Origin: a virus
Lineage: Duplodnaviria > Caudoviricetes
Virus record (IMG/VR): IMGVR_UViG_3300032093_000109
Location: 1,314 to 65,313 of that record
Strand: one strand, 5' to 3'
Length of the DNA: 64,000 nucleotides
The position numbers were made by a program, and so were the translations under genes. This document shows positions 45,701-53,968 of this stretch, in pieces. How positions within the stretch are numbered: the stretch's first letter is position 1; each line of letters starts with the position of its first letter. The notes below the pieces were generated by a model. The model made no database searches. It was not told the origin of the DNA and saw nothing but the letters and a program-made list of their open reading frames with translations.

Positions 45701-48525
45701 GCGCTCTCGCCATCGACGCTTGCTTTTTTGATACCGGGCAAGTCGTCTTGGACGCGCTCAAACAATGCGCCATCTTCGTCAGACAAGCGGTTGGGATCAA
45801 CGCGCTCAACCAGCTTGTCGAGCATTGCGTCCGTGATACGTGCAGGGGTAAGCGTCCGTTCAACACCCGCGCCGCGTTTGGGGGCGATGGCTTTATTGCG
45901 GATTTCGTTCAAACCTTCTTCGATCGACTTGGCTGCAGCGTAGCGGTTGGCGAATGTGCGACGGCCGGGTATACGGCCTTCTTTACGCGCAACGCCCATA
46001 CCAGTGCCAGTCACGGCACCCTGCGCTTCAGGACTATCTTCCGGTACCAAGACGCGTTCGCCGTTGAGCTCGACTTCAACCATGTCGCGGGTATCGCCAA
46101 AACGGTCTTTCAACTCTTGCACTTGCTCTTTGGCAGCAGCAATAATCTGAGTCCGCTCCATGGCTGTGACAGGTTCGCCACGAACGGCTTCGATCTCGTT
46201 GACCAGCGTGTTGTACACCTGCTGTTCAGCGGCGTCCAGTTCATTCTGTTTGGCTTTACCTTTGTTGAAACGGTCAAGCAGCGTCACGGTTTTGGCGTAC
46301 GCAACGGCGCGAGCATCGGAGGCAGTTTGCGCAAGCCTTACGTCTTGCGGCTGCTTGGAGCCGAACACTTCTTGCAACGCACGGGTGTCTGTGCCACGAG
46401 GCGTGCTTTCTTTGGTTTCGCGCTGCTTGAGTTCTCGCAGTTCCTCAATGGTTCGCTCTGCCGCTTTTTTGTCGCCAAGAACACGCGCAAGCTGCAAATC
46501 GGCCTCAAGTTTGGCCCGAGTAGGCGTGCCGTCAACAACGCCGGAACCGCTGACAACATCTGACCGCAAGGTATCTTGTGGAAAGAGAGTTCCCTGCGCG
46601 GTTTGGCTGGTGTCCATACGCGCCAGCTTATTGATTTCGTCAAGCTCCGCCCGCAGTTCGCGCTCTCGAATTGCATAGCTAGCGGGGCGCGAGCCCATGT
46701 CCCGTAGGGCTTGTATCTCTCGCTCAATTTCGGCACGTCGGGCGTCTGCTTGCTCTCGCCCAATACCCATCTCGGAACCAAGCTGGCTCAAACGACTACG
46801 CAACCCTGCGCGAACCAAGTTAGCCTGCTCTATACTCATGCCCGGTAGCGCACCTCGGGTCTGGGCAACCGCCATAGCGCGGCCGGGGTCTTCTGCCAGA
46901 GCCTCGATCATCTGCTCGCCCGACAGCCGCACACCTTGGCTGGCGTCAATACCGGCCAGTGCCAACTCAGGGTTGTTGTCGATGGCTTCTTGCTTGGCGC
47001 GTTGTGTGGCCGCACTCAGTTGCTGCTGCACGTAGTACGGAATCTGTTCTTCTGCAGAAACAGGTGCTGATGGGAACGCTTCTGCGTCCACGCCTTCAGG
47101 CAAAGCTTCGCCGGACATGACGGCGCGGCGGCGGGGGGCACCTGTGCGAGGGTCACGCGTCGGGGTGCTTGGGATGCCAATGTCTTCTGCCAGCGCATCT
47201 TCAGGCGTCATTTCGGTCATGCGCTTGAGCTGGTTGATGCGTGGGGCCAAACCTTGGTACTGCTCTTTAAGCGCGTCGTACCCAACCTGCTGGCGCACTG
47301 CGCGAATCTGGTTGCTGATGTTGGTGTTGTGCTCACGGTCTTCATCGACCGTGGGGGAGTTCTTGACGATCTTGCGCTTTTGTTCTTGCAGGCTCTGGAG
47401 CTGCTGCGTGGCTTGCTCGTACTTGCTGGCGATGTCCAACGCGTATTCGTCGGACGCTTTGTAGTCGGCGTCTTTTTTGGCTTCTTGGGCAAGGCGCTCT
47501 TCTTCTGCCTTGCGGGCAGCAATACTCATGGAGCGATCGGGCAGGGCCACGCCCAGTGCCGCGCCACCCAGACCACCGGCCAACGCTTCTTGCGTGGCTT
47601 GACCCGCCACACCGGTAAACGCATCCACATCGCGCCCAGTGCGTTGCAAAGCCAAGTTGGCAGCCAAGCGCTCTTGACCGCCCTGCAGACCTTCGAGTGG
47701 GAATTCACCAGCGGCTGCAGTCAGACCCGTAGCTCCGCGCTCGCCAATACGCTTGGCTAAAGCCTGCTGGGCAGCGCCTGCCTGTGCACGAACACCACCG
47801 GGAATCAATCTTTCAGCACCGGTCGAGCCGGCCACAACACCCAAACCACCGCCCAGCAAGATTTGGTCCAAGTTCTCACCGACGTAACTTTGCGCACGGG
47901 CAGCGGCGGCTTGCGCTTCTTCAGGGGACTTTTTGTCTTCGAGCTCAGCTTGGAGCACCGCTTCATAGACGTTCTGTTTTACAGCGCCTGCACCTTGGGC
48001 GCCACCGATCGCACCGCGCACCGCCATGATGGCGCGTGCACCCAAACCAATTTTTGCCAAAGGCAGTGTGGCCACCATGGGCGCGAAGGAGCCCAGTGCA
48101 GAGGCGGTTGTCTGAATAGGCGCTTCAAGGACGTTGAGCAGACCGGCCTTAATTTCTTCCCAAGTGGAGCCGGACTCTTCGGCCTTCTTCATGCGAGCAG
48201 CTTGCGCTTGCAACTCGGCTTGGCGGCTGGTGCTCAGGCCCTTCTGGAGGGACTCGCCTGTCTCTGCAAGGTAGCGGGATGCTGCGTTGTCTGCACCAAA
48301 AATACTGGTTAAAGCACCAGTAGCCCCGACTGCGCCAGACGCAAACGAGCGCCCGAGATCGCCCAAGTAAGAACCTTGCTCTTTTGGTGGCTCTGGTGGG
48401 GGTGCAACTTCTTCTTGAAAAGCATCCGGAAAAAGCTGCATTGCCGCTAAGTACGCGTCTTCTGGACGTTGCCCCTTGCGGAGTTCAACAAGGTCACCGT
48501 TCGGGAGCTCAACGTATTGGGGCAT
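39781..48525 (-). CDS. large polyvalent/ejection protein (2914 aa) with zincin-like HExxH and LPD38-like C-terminus
   Basis: N-terminal Gly/Ala-rich segment, long coiled coils, FLHEVVH...EE.VSE, NFSRRG...IPFFNA.LQG...IPIPFEVG...SP.Q..H..RGYTG. Confidence 0.85.
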   Translation of the reverse strand: MPQYVELPNGDLVELRKGQRPEDAYLAAMQLFPDAFQEEVAPPPEPPKEQGSYLGDLGRSFASGAVGATGALTSIFGADNAASRYLAETGESLQKGLSTSRQAELQAQAARMKKAEESGSTWEEIKAGLLNVLEAPIQTTASALGSFAPMVATLPLAKIGLGARAIMAVRGAIGGAQGAGAVKQNVYEAVLQAELEDKKSPEEAQAAAARAQSYVGENLDQILLGGGLGVVAGSTGAERLIPGGVRAQAGAAQQALAKRIGERGATGLTAAAGEFPLEGLQGGQERLAANLALQRTGRDVDAFTGVAGQATQEALAGGLGGAALGVALPDRSMSIAARKAEEERLAQEAKKDADYKASDEYALDIASKYEQATQQLQSLQEQKRKIVKNSPTVDEDREHNTNISNQIRAVRQQVGYDALKEQYQGLAPRINQLKRMTEMTPEDALAEDIGIPSTPTRDPRTGAPRRRAVMSGEALPEGVDAEAFPSAPVSAEEQIPYYVQQQLSAATQRAKQEAIDNNPELALAGIDASQGVRLSGEQMIEALAEDPGRAMAVAQTRGALPGMSIEQANLVRAGLRSRLSQLGSEMGIGREQADARRAEIEREIQALRDMGSRPASYAIRERELRAELDEINKLARMDTSQTAQGTLFPQDTLRSDVVSGSGVVDGTPTRAKLEADLQLARVLGDKKAAERTIEELRELKQRETKESTPRGTDTRALQEVFGSKQPQDVRLAQTASDARAVAYAKTVTLLDRFNKGKAKQNELDAAEQQVYNTLVNEIEAVRGEPVTAMERTQIIAAAKEQVQELKDRFGDTRDMVEVELNGERVLVPEDSPEAQGAVTGTGMGVARKEGRIPGRRTFANRYAAAKSIEEGLNEIRNKAIAPKRGAGVERTLTPARITDAMLDKLVERVDPNRLSDEDGALFERVQDDLPGIKKASVDGESATEIVGEYLYGLTTGNPSPTLRKEVQAILRNIDEAKRSETEQVTERAGRAYTPKEREALRGTSREGKEGGMDRRATGEVRRAVQTDMFAADIGTLFSDFLDFDNYMASTELAQVRDALDLVGETQARAQKLMAPLETRAKELQEEIARLIAQRNAAQQELDGSPEKAVAEALVQETKKALSELQADMDEALLPFNMAYWNAYAKLTEAKIASEQITSQIETQQADFSAAIDAIEKREKQKDERVTKVKNTLRTLQGYTSFYNAAKKKYDEAWNKLYGTNVRVSQKTPDYAALVADKDELQRLQKQVQDTHQKLINEMRSFWWTTDPAARKDERTLDFLQKDIALQLELRTLSRRMTGLTTARNNAKRSLDAALKALGADPELVQELNALRSDADVARTIRADVEAGLKTRMDALVKPLEAQLTELARQSDAMREAVNRYKDAIKGKQKETERRNVRVAPKAERKDTQAAIEALLPVYSSRTLVSFEKRREQIQDIISDLGKDKVAELIARVESGVDKNLVALSADERAAAVAALRAVEAEVELSREKRDATLQDDLRARAIILENLAKERDKLAGELLNQKERKAVERGANRAELEKPKRAKQQQKIDNLLKQLNERDAKIGRRTGVTKTAIKTPEQQRQEQAAQMAETRDRELDAISAAEKQVRNVRAALDAAKEQGKPKAVKNAEAALAAAQTKLDGLNEARQARLAEPRNVNAKALSDAEQQVKDAQADFDAAQESGDSVATQNARALLGEYRYKLSQLRDIQNAANTQSTGPATRKQSAAPRKLRTASEESINDKNVPVPETKIEEARGTKQRDTPVGKKEQKTANKIAKELQDAKAEATPIVEAVVAAEKKKKKQPTRAPKASKEANYLQDVIGDMYYGDDTHASVIRNADYDARPTTELPTTVKEEVRSGNLEDALVRLQEEGSTPFVRELAKLVAPYLKGVTLVSNPNVVDSNGVPVEGLYVGKDMQVQISSVTGMTEEAFLHEVVHPATLTLLRADPATLTPEQRQARQDLESLFAKVQADPRFNREYAKYSVEEMVSEVMSNNKLRNMLDERGVLQRMYDAILRMLGFSPKTVSDQAVENIYKLFAPAQPIAAARVASVMRGIVPGDNAKYNANVPESMRRSFGGSDQRSKTFNEKLSTWALGLRVKTLDAWGAREALVQMGLSGKKLTETDAMQTRIYMRLYSEINRFVHQALLNGPLKLVKDEKGYFGVDVDDKKPSVMKVLQTLRGAVPDIGNMKAVEEQFYKYMQIKRIEGDKRGYEVLNMRNPPTVREIREQKEFIAKNPKVKQAFEQAEKEFREYNLGMLDFAHAAGVFTNAEWNYFKSGNYVPFYRQTDNGNIEMLVGNTRRTIGNVIQQPQLKDLVGGEKDFLGFTESVMQNAQLLTRMSMQNLQARDVGYMVQSLGMGTIVEGEGPANSIRFKQAGKSFWVKLDADLFPKDIPAELLLQGLHGIKASVPTALKIAGMPTQWLRSSIVRMPLYMIRQMIRDPLHAWMVTGLNFTPIVSSIKEMTKIRRGLSPTEIKLMRSGAVSSNVMTGDFNDASRTLRDLANQGGMSWSSAMQSLDNFALQGDTATRAVLYDKYREQGMSHFEAALGAAEVMNFSRRGTSTSLYMISTLIPFFNAQLQGLDSVWRTGVTGETVFQDKLQVRQKLYQRAALMMGATLAYAVAMQDDEAYKNATPEERAMNWFIPVPGLEAAIRIPIPFEVGAVAKAIPELIFNAAFNDAESKDTLKGLRHVLGMSIPGDIPTIAKPIIESMANYSFFTKAPIESQRELGTIPAERYRPNTTELAKLMGQVGVSPLQVEHLVRGYTGSLGILTMSLVNPVLRPFNSDTAGENAESKLTETPFFGAAFQPNNGRGIVASVYADVEDWQQAAGTFKRLVTDGRQAEARAFADKYAREIALSSTGGSFQQAMGELAAMRRAINSDPDFSAAEKRERLNEIDLYQRKLAEQVKEVARMAK

Positions 48526-48597
48526 GGCAGTGTCTTTTCAGCGGTTGTTTCAAAAGCAGCGCGAAGCCGAACCCGCGCCGCCCCTATTCTACGGCGT

Positions 48598-51318
48598 TTA
48601 TTCAGGCAGTTGGCGCACCCGCCGCCCTGAACTGTCGTCGGTCGTCTTCAGCGCGTACTTCTTTACGTAATCGGCGTAGGACAACACGGGTATGTCCTTG
48701 TTGTAAATGTCTTTTTTACCGAGGTTGTTGTTTATGTAATTTTGATACGCTGCTTGGTAGTTGAAGGGTTTTTCTGCGCTGTCACGCATACCTGCAATCT
48801 TCACGCTGGTGTCGAGCTTCTTTTGCTCCATCGCCATTTCCGTAATGAATTCGGCGTCTTGGCGGGTCATGTCCAACTTGTCCTTGCCGAACTTGTAGAT
48901 AGCATCCGCGTTGGCGACAGCCGCGTTGTCCACGTTGGCTCGCAAGCGCTCCATGCGCTCTTGGCTCACACGCTTGTCGCTGCGCTTGGCGTTCTCCAGT
49001 GCGGTCATGGCGTCGTCCAGCTTCTCCTTGCGGTTCTGGATGCGCTCGATGCCGGTGGTGTACGCCTTGGTGCCGACCAGTGCGCCTTTGCCGATGTTCT
49101 CGAAGGCGTTGGCAGACGTGCCCGACATCATGGCCAGACCTGCTTCGATCAGCGCCATGTTGAAGTTCTTGTCCTCAGCGCCTTTTAGACCCTCTTCCCG
49201 AGCCTTCAAGCGCTTCTCTTGCTCGGTACCAAATTCACCCAGCTCGGCTTCTTGGGCTTTTCCGCGTTCGAGCTGGTTGGCGGCAGCAGCCGTACGGGCA
49301 GCGTTGATGTCGCCCACTTGTGTCTCTAAACCAGCAAGACCTGCAGCAGTTTGCGCTTGCAACGCACTGAGTCCAGACAGGGGTGCGGCCGTTTTAGTCG
49401 CGGTTCTGGTAGATGCTGGTTTTTCTGTGCCGGGTTTACCCTTAGCAGCTGCAGCAGCTTGTTCGGCTTTGGCTTTTGCAGGCGTCAGACCGTCTAACCC
49501 AACTCGGGGGTCGTTCATGCCTTTGCGCAAGTCTGTACGAGGCTTTGTGGTTGGTACGAGCGAAGTGGCGCGGGGTGCAGCAGTAGTCGCAGACACACCG
49601 GGCAAAAGCGTACGGTCAAAAAACGGGCTTGATGGAATGATTTCACCACCGCGCTCTTCAGCTAAGCGTTGTTGCAAAGAAGAGCGCTCAGCCTCTCGGG
49701 CAGCGGCTTCCTCTGCGTTTTTCTCTTGCTGCGCTTGCAGTTCTGCTTGAAACATGGCTTGGCGGTACTCGGAGAAGCTCTCTCCAGCGCGACGTGGCCT
49801 GAACACAGAGCTGCCCGTTTCCCCACTGAACGCAATAATCCCGCCACCGGCTGCGGTCACTTCGTCCATGTTCTCAAGGTTGCGTGCCCCCAAGTCACTG
49901 ATACCGCCGCCCAGCGCTTCGGCAACCACAGTGCGCTCAGGTGGAGGGGTTGTGGCGGCTAGTTGACCAATACCAGCGGAGCGCACTTTGTCGCGGTTCA
50001 ACAGTTCTTCAGCGACAGCGCCCAGCGTCACAGGCCCTTGTGTGGGGTCTTGCTGCAGCGCAATCAGTTGCTGGTCACTCATGTCGTCGGCCATTGCGGC
50101 CAACTGAGGTTGGTTCAAGCTGGAGATACCGCCGCCACCTGCGTAAGAGTGAATCAAACCGCCCTTGGCATTGCCGCCGCCTGAAGCACCGTAGGCTGCC
50201 ACACCCGCGCCAATCAATTGGGATGCTGGGTTAGGCTGCTCTTTGGGTGGCTCCACAAGCTGGGACACCTGTTTACCCGGTTGGCTGATTTCACTTGTGC
50301 GCTGGGTCGTGCTATACGGCACACCGCTGATGAGACCCTGCTGGAATGCCAACTGCTCGTAGGGATACTTCTGTGCGGTGAGGTAGTCGCCGTAGCCCAC
50401 ATCAAGAAGAGCTTGCTCGCGCTGACGCTGAACGTCGCCAGCCGTACCCAAACCCTTGGTGATGTCCATCTCTTGGCCGAACTGGGTCTGGCCCAATTGG
50501 CCCAACTGACCTGACGCCTGCAAGCCCGTGCGAAGACCCTCCAAACCCAGCTGCTGGCCCTGAATCCCGTAGTTGGCCCCGAACTGTCGGGACTGCTCAC
50601 GCATGGCCTCCTCTGCGCCAAACCGGCTCAGGCCCTGCTCAAATGCACGCCCCATGCCCTGAGTTTGAAGATCGGCCAACTGTTGAGCTGTATCACGACG
50701 CAGAGCACGCTGCTGCAGTGCAGCGCCAGAGCCACCAAAAGCGCCTTGACGCGCAGCTTGGCCAGACAGCATGGCTGCTTGTTGATCGGAGGCTTCCTGA
50801 GCCTTACGGCGCTCAATATCCACAACGTTCTGCATGTACGGATTCATGTACTGCTGCGCTTTTTCCGCAGTAAAGCCGCCCATCTCGTAAGGGTTAAATG
50901 TCCCCAAGCCAGAACCGACCTGCATCGCACGCTCGCCCGCCAAACCCGCTAAACCCGTAGCTTGACCAATTTGACCGGCCACGCCTTGGTTACGCATACG
51001 GCCAAACGCAGTCTGCATATCTGGCGAGAACTCGGCTACACGAGAGCCGGTGTATGCCTCATAAGGTCGGCTGGTCAGCGCTTGGCCTCGAGCAATCAGG
51101 TCCTGTGACGCATCGGTCAGGTAGTTTGGAATCTCGTTGGCCGTGGTGCGGTTGGTTACCGTTGGGCCAGATTCTGTAACGCGAGTTGTGGCTTGAGGTG
51201 CGGGCGCAGAGCTACCGCCACCGCCGCCATAAACAATGCGGCCACCGGCCTCTTTGCGGGTAGCGGAGTCACCAAAGGTCTCACCCAAGGCATACAGTTG
51301 ACGACGTGAATAGCTCAT
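48598..51318 (-). CDS. internal virion / DNA ejection protein
   Basis: Likely start 51318 (ATGA overlap); YMNPY...GAFGGS Gln/Gly-rich pilot-type region. Confidence 0.75.
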   Translation of the reverse strand: MSYSRRQLYALGETFGDSATRKEAGGRIVYGGGGGSSAPAPQATTRVTESGPTVTNRTTANEIPNYLTDASQDLIARGQALTSRPYEAYTGSRVAEFSPDMQTAFGRMRNQGVAGQIGQATGLAGLAGERAMQVGSGLGTFNPYEMGGFTAEKAQQYMNPYMQNVVDIERRKAQEASDQQAAMLSGQAARQGAFGGSGAALQQRALRRDTAQQLADLQTQGMGRAFEQGLSRFGAEEAMREQSRQFGANYGIQGQQLGLEGLRTGLQASGQLGQLGQTQFGQEMDITKGLGTAGDVQRQREQALLDVGYGDYLTAQKYPYEQLAFQQGLISGVPYSTTQRTSEISQPGKQVSQLVEPPKEQPNPASQLIGAGVAAYGASGGGNAKGGLIHSYAGGGGISSLNQPQLAAMADDMSDQQLIALQQDPTQGPVTLGAVAEELLNRDKVRSAGIGQLAATTPPPERTVVAEALGGGISDLGARNLENMDEVTAAGGGIIAFSGETGSSVFRPRRAGESFSEYRQAMFQAELQAQQEKNAEEAAAREAERSSLQQRLAEERGGEIIPSSPFFDRTLLPGVSATTAAPRATSLVPTTKPRTDLRKGMNDPRVGLDGLTPAKAKAEQAAAAAKGKPGTEKPASTRTATKTAAPLSGLSALQAQTAAGLAGLETQVGDINAARTAAAANQLERGKAQEAELGEFGTEQEKRLKAREEGLKGAEDKNFNMALIEAGLAMMSGTSANAFENIGKGALVGTKAYTTGIERIQNRKEKLDDAMTALENAKRSDKRVSQERMERLRANVDNAAVANADAIYKFGKDKLDMTRQDAEFITEMAMEQKKLDTSVKIAGMRDSAEKPFNYQAAYQNYINNNLGKKDIYNKDIPVLSYADYVKKYALKTTDDSSGRRVRQLPE

Positions 51319-51719
51319 AATTTGACTCCGGTGATTCGGTATTTCTCTTCGAACCCGTAGCGCCCAAGCAGGCGCGTCATAGATTCTCGGGCTGCGCATT
51401 CAAGCGTCGTGGCCCCCATAGAAGCAGCGATGGCTTTGACTTGCTCGATCGTTTGTTCGTCGATGACAAGCTTTCCGCCGGTCGTGGTGATAAATGCGAC
51501 CCGGGCAGAGGGTCGGTTAAAAAAAGAAATGGTTGCAGCGCCGTGGATGACTTCATCCTCTACGCCAACAACAAGGGTCCATTCGCCCGAGGACAGAAGA
51601 GACTGTACATGATCCAGCGTGTAGTCCCCCTTGGACTGCTCCAGTGCATCTTCAATAAACGCACTCACCATGGGCCACGTCCGGTGCACCCACTGAACGG
51701 GGACTACCTGCAAGTTCAT
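51315..51719 (-). CDS. GNAT-fold-like virion protein
   Basis: W..V...L..A...W.L.V...A.I...GG...G....E...R....RL....GF; typical position before ejection genes. Confidence 0.6.
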   Translation of the reverse strand: MNLQVVPVQWVHRTWPMVSAFIEDALEQSKGDYTLDHVQSLLSSGEWTLVVGVEDEVIHGAATISFFNRPSARVAFITTTGGKLVIDEQTIEQVKAIAASMGATTLECAARESMTRLLGRYGFEEKYRITGVKL

Positions 51720-53278
51720 GCCATGGCTCTTTCAAGGCGAACGGGCTTGATCTGCTTCTTGCTTCCAGTGGCTTGTTGACGAACCTTGTCCATCATGGCG
51801 TAGAGCTTCTTGGCACCGCCAGCCTTATTGACCACCTCGGGAGGGATGTACATCTCGCCATGGGCCACACGGGCTGGCTGTTTGCCTTCAATGTTGGTTT
51901 TCACGGTGTCGGATTGTCCGCCGTCTTTGCCCTTGATCGGCGTAGCTCCGGGGAGCAGGGCCATGATGCGGCGGTAGCCAGCATCGGTATTACCCTCGCC
52001 CACCATGCTCACCACGTCAGCAGGAACCACAAAGCCGCCTTGTTTCATACCGCCTCTAGCTAGACCCATAAGACCGCCAGATGCCAAAGAAATCGAGCCG
52101 CCAGCGTAAGCGTTAGCGCCATCCGGGCCGTCTGGAGATTCGGGAGTTGCAGCGGTAGAGCCGGCACTACCCTCAGATGCTCCACCCATGCCAGCGTTAG
52201 GCCCCATTCCTGCCATTTCAGCGTCATTGGTCTGAGTGCCCCCAACATAACCCGAGCCAGCGCTTGGCGCGGCAGTAACGCCAAGAGTCAAGTTCTGCTC
52301 ACGCTGAAAGTCTTGTGGGTCCATAAAATAACCCAAGGGTGTCTGAAGAGCCCGCGTAAATCTACCCATCGTTGGATTTTCTGCGTAGAACGCAGCTTGT
52401 TTCTCGGGAGTATCAAAATCGGCATTGGGTGTGTAGCCGTCACCACGACCAGTCTCTATCATCGGCTGAGTAAACTTGGGCACTTGGACCGGCGCTTGCA
52501 CTGGGGCTTGGACTGGTGCCATGAATGGAATTGCGGGAGCGCGTACTTGGCGAGGTTGACGCACAGGCGCTTGTGTGTAGATGTTTTTCCCTTGATACAT
52601 GTAGTTGGGCATCACGCCTTCGTATGCCCGGATGTCTTCAAACGCACCGCCTTCGGCCATTTTGACCGTGCCGCCCTGTGCTGCTTTGGAATACGGGATG
52701 TACACATTCCCAGTGCCGCCCGTGTACCTTGGCATTGGGGGTGCGTACGCTTGAATGTTTTGGAACGGGACCGAGGACTGGTTAATGTCCATGCTCATCA
52801 ACGGGTACGGCCCTTGCTGTTGCTGCGGCATTGGGGCATTTAAACTCGGAGCCAAGGCCATCAGACCCGACTGAAACATCTGTTTCCCTGTGAGCGCTTG
52901 TCCTGCCGCCTTGCCCAAGCCGGCTCCGGACGCCAACTGAAAGCCGCCGTAACCGCCGAGACCGCCTGTGATAGCGCCCATGCCGACATCTTGGCCGGAG
53001 CGTCGGGCTTGATACCCGCCTACTGCCGCGCCAGCTGCGGCACCCAAGTAAGGGTTTGCGGTCATAAAACTAACACCAGCACCCACCAGCGTGGGGAGGA
53101 TGGATTTCAAGAAGCTGGCCTCGACCAAGCCCGTCTCAGGGTTGACCGACAGAGAGCCGCCAGCGTTCTCTGCAAGCTTTTGTAAGCCAGCCACTTCACC
53201 CGTGGTCATGTGAACCAAGACGGAGTCTCCGTTTCGGCCTTTGGCTTCCATCTGTTTGGCGATTAATTGCAAGCTCAT
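51716..53278 (-). CDS. internal virion protein
   Basis: GR.GD..LVH...NPETGL.E N-domain; GGFVVPADVVS and ARVAHGEMYIP C-domain. Confidence 0.7.
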   Translation of the reverse strand: MSLQLIAKQMEAKGRNGDSVLVHMTTGEVAGLQKLAENAGGSLSVNPETGLVEASFLKSILPTLVGAGVSFMTANPYLGAAAGAAVGGYQARRSGQDVGMGAITGGLGGYGGFQLASGAGLGKAAGQALTGKQMFQSGLMALAPSLNAPMPQQQQGPYPLMSMDINQSSVPFQNIQAYAPPMPRYTGGTGNVYIPYSKAAQGGTVKMAEGGAFEDIRAYEGVMPNYMYQGKNIYTQAPVRQPRQVRAPAIPFMAPVQAPVQAPVQVPKFTQPMIETGRGDGYTPNADFDTPEKQAAFYAENPTMGRFTRALQTPLGYFMDPQDFQREQNLTLGVTAAPSAGSGYVGGTQTNDAEMAGMGPNAGMGGASEGSAGSTAATPESPDGPDGANAYAGGSISLASGGLMGLARGGMKQGGFVVPADVVSMVGEGNTDAGYRRIMALLPGATPIKGKDGGQSDTVKTNIEGKQPARVAHGEMYIPPEVVNKAGGAKKLYAMMDKVRQQATGSKKQIKPVRLERAMA

Positions 53279-53320
53279 GGGTGTACCTCGTTGGTAGGTA
53301 TTCTAGGTGTTTACACGCTT

Positions 53321-53968
53321 TCAGGGAAGTCGTGAAACGAAGTTGACCGTCATGATGACGGAGGGGATTTCTGGCCGGGTCGGGCTGGTGCCTGCGGCAT
53401 AGTGCTCCAAGAACACATCCGTGCTGCTGGCCCACCATTTGATGGTGAGGTACTCGGTGTTAGGGTTGGCAACCGTAAAAATGCCTGTTATCGCGGGGAC
53501 CGTGTGGCCGTAAACACTGACGCTTTTGCGTGCAGGGATGTCAAAGCGGGTGTTGGACAGTGGGTAGTTTGATCCGTTGTACCCAGCCCAAACCTCAAAC
53601 TCTTGCACGGCGTTGCTTCGATTGCTTACCTGCAGCGTGAACGTCACCAGATACTGACCTGCTTGGGTAAACCAAATCTCGTCGGTGTTTTCAACGCGGA
53701 CACCCTTCGTGATGACTGGCTGGTTGAAACTCAGCTGGTTAAACCCTGTGATGCTGGCGTTAGCCTGATCCTGATCGCTCATCAGCATGGCATGGGGATT
53801 CTCAACATACACCCCGCCCAGAGGCCCGAACACCTGTTGAAACAGACTCGACGCTTGGTTGAGGTACAGGCGCAGGACGTTGATGAAGCCCACCATGTAG
53901 CCCGCGTTTACACCTGCTGGACCGGGGTCTGGCAGGCGGGGCGAGGCTGGGGTTTTGAGCTGTGTCAT
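53321..53968 (-). CDS. tail-associated protein (C1q/BclA-like beta domain)
   Basis: LRLY.NQ coiled N-terminus; G.Y...F.LQ...P.IPSVI.TV. Confidence 0.6.
   Translation of the reverse strand: MTQLKTPASPRLPDPGPAGVNAGYMVGFINVLRLYLNQASSLFQQVFGPLGGVYVENPHAMLMSDQDQANASITGFNQLSFNQPVITKGVRVENTDEIWFTQAGQYLVTFTLQVSNRSNAVQEFEVWAGYNGSNYPLSNTRFDIPARKSVSVYGHTVPAITGIFTVANPNTEYLTIKWWASSTDVFLEHYAAGTSPTRPEIPSVIMTVNFVSRLP

Noticed and set aside
39781-48525. N4-like virion RNA polymerase explaining the hairpins
   Set aside because: No polymerase catalytic motifs recognised; features fit a polyvalent protein (a divergent domain cannot be excluded without a structure search)
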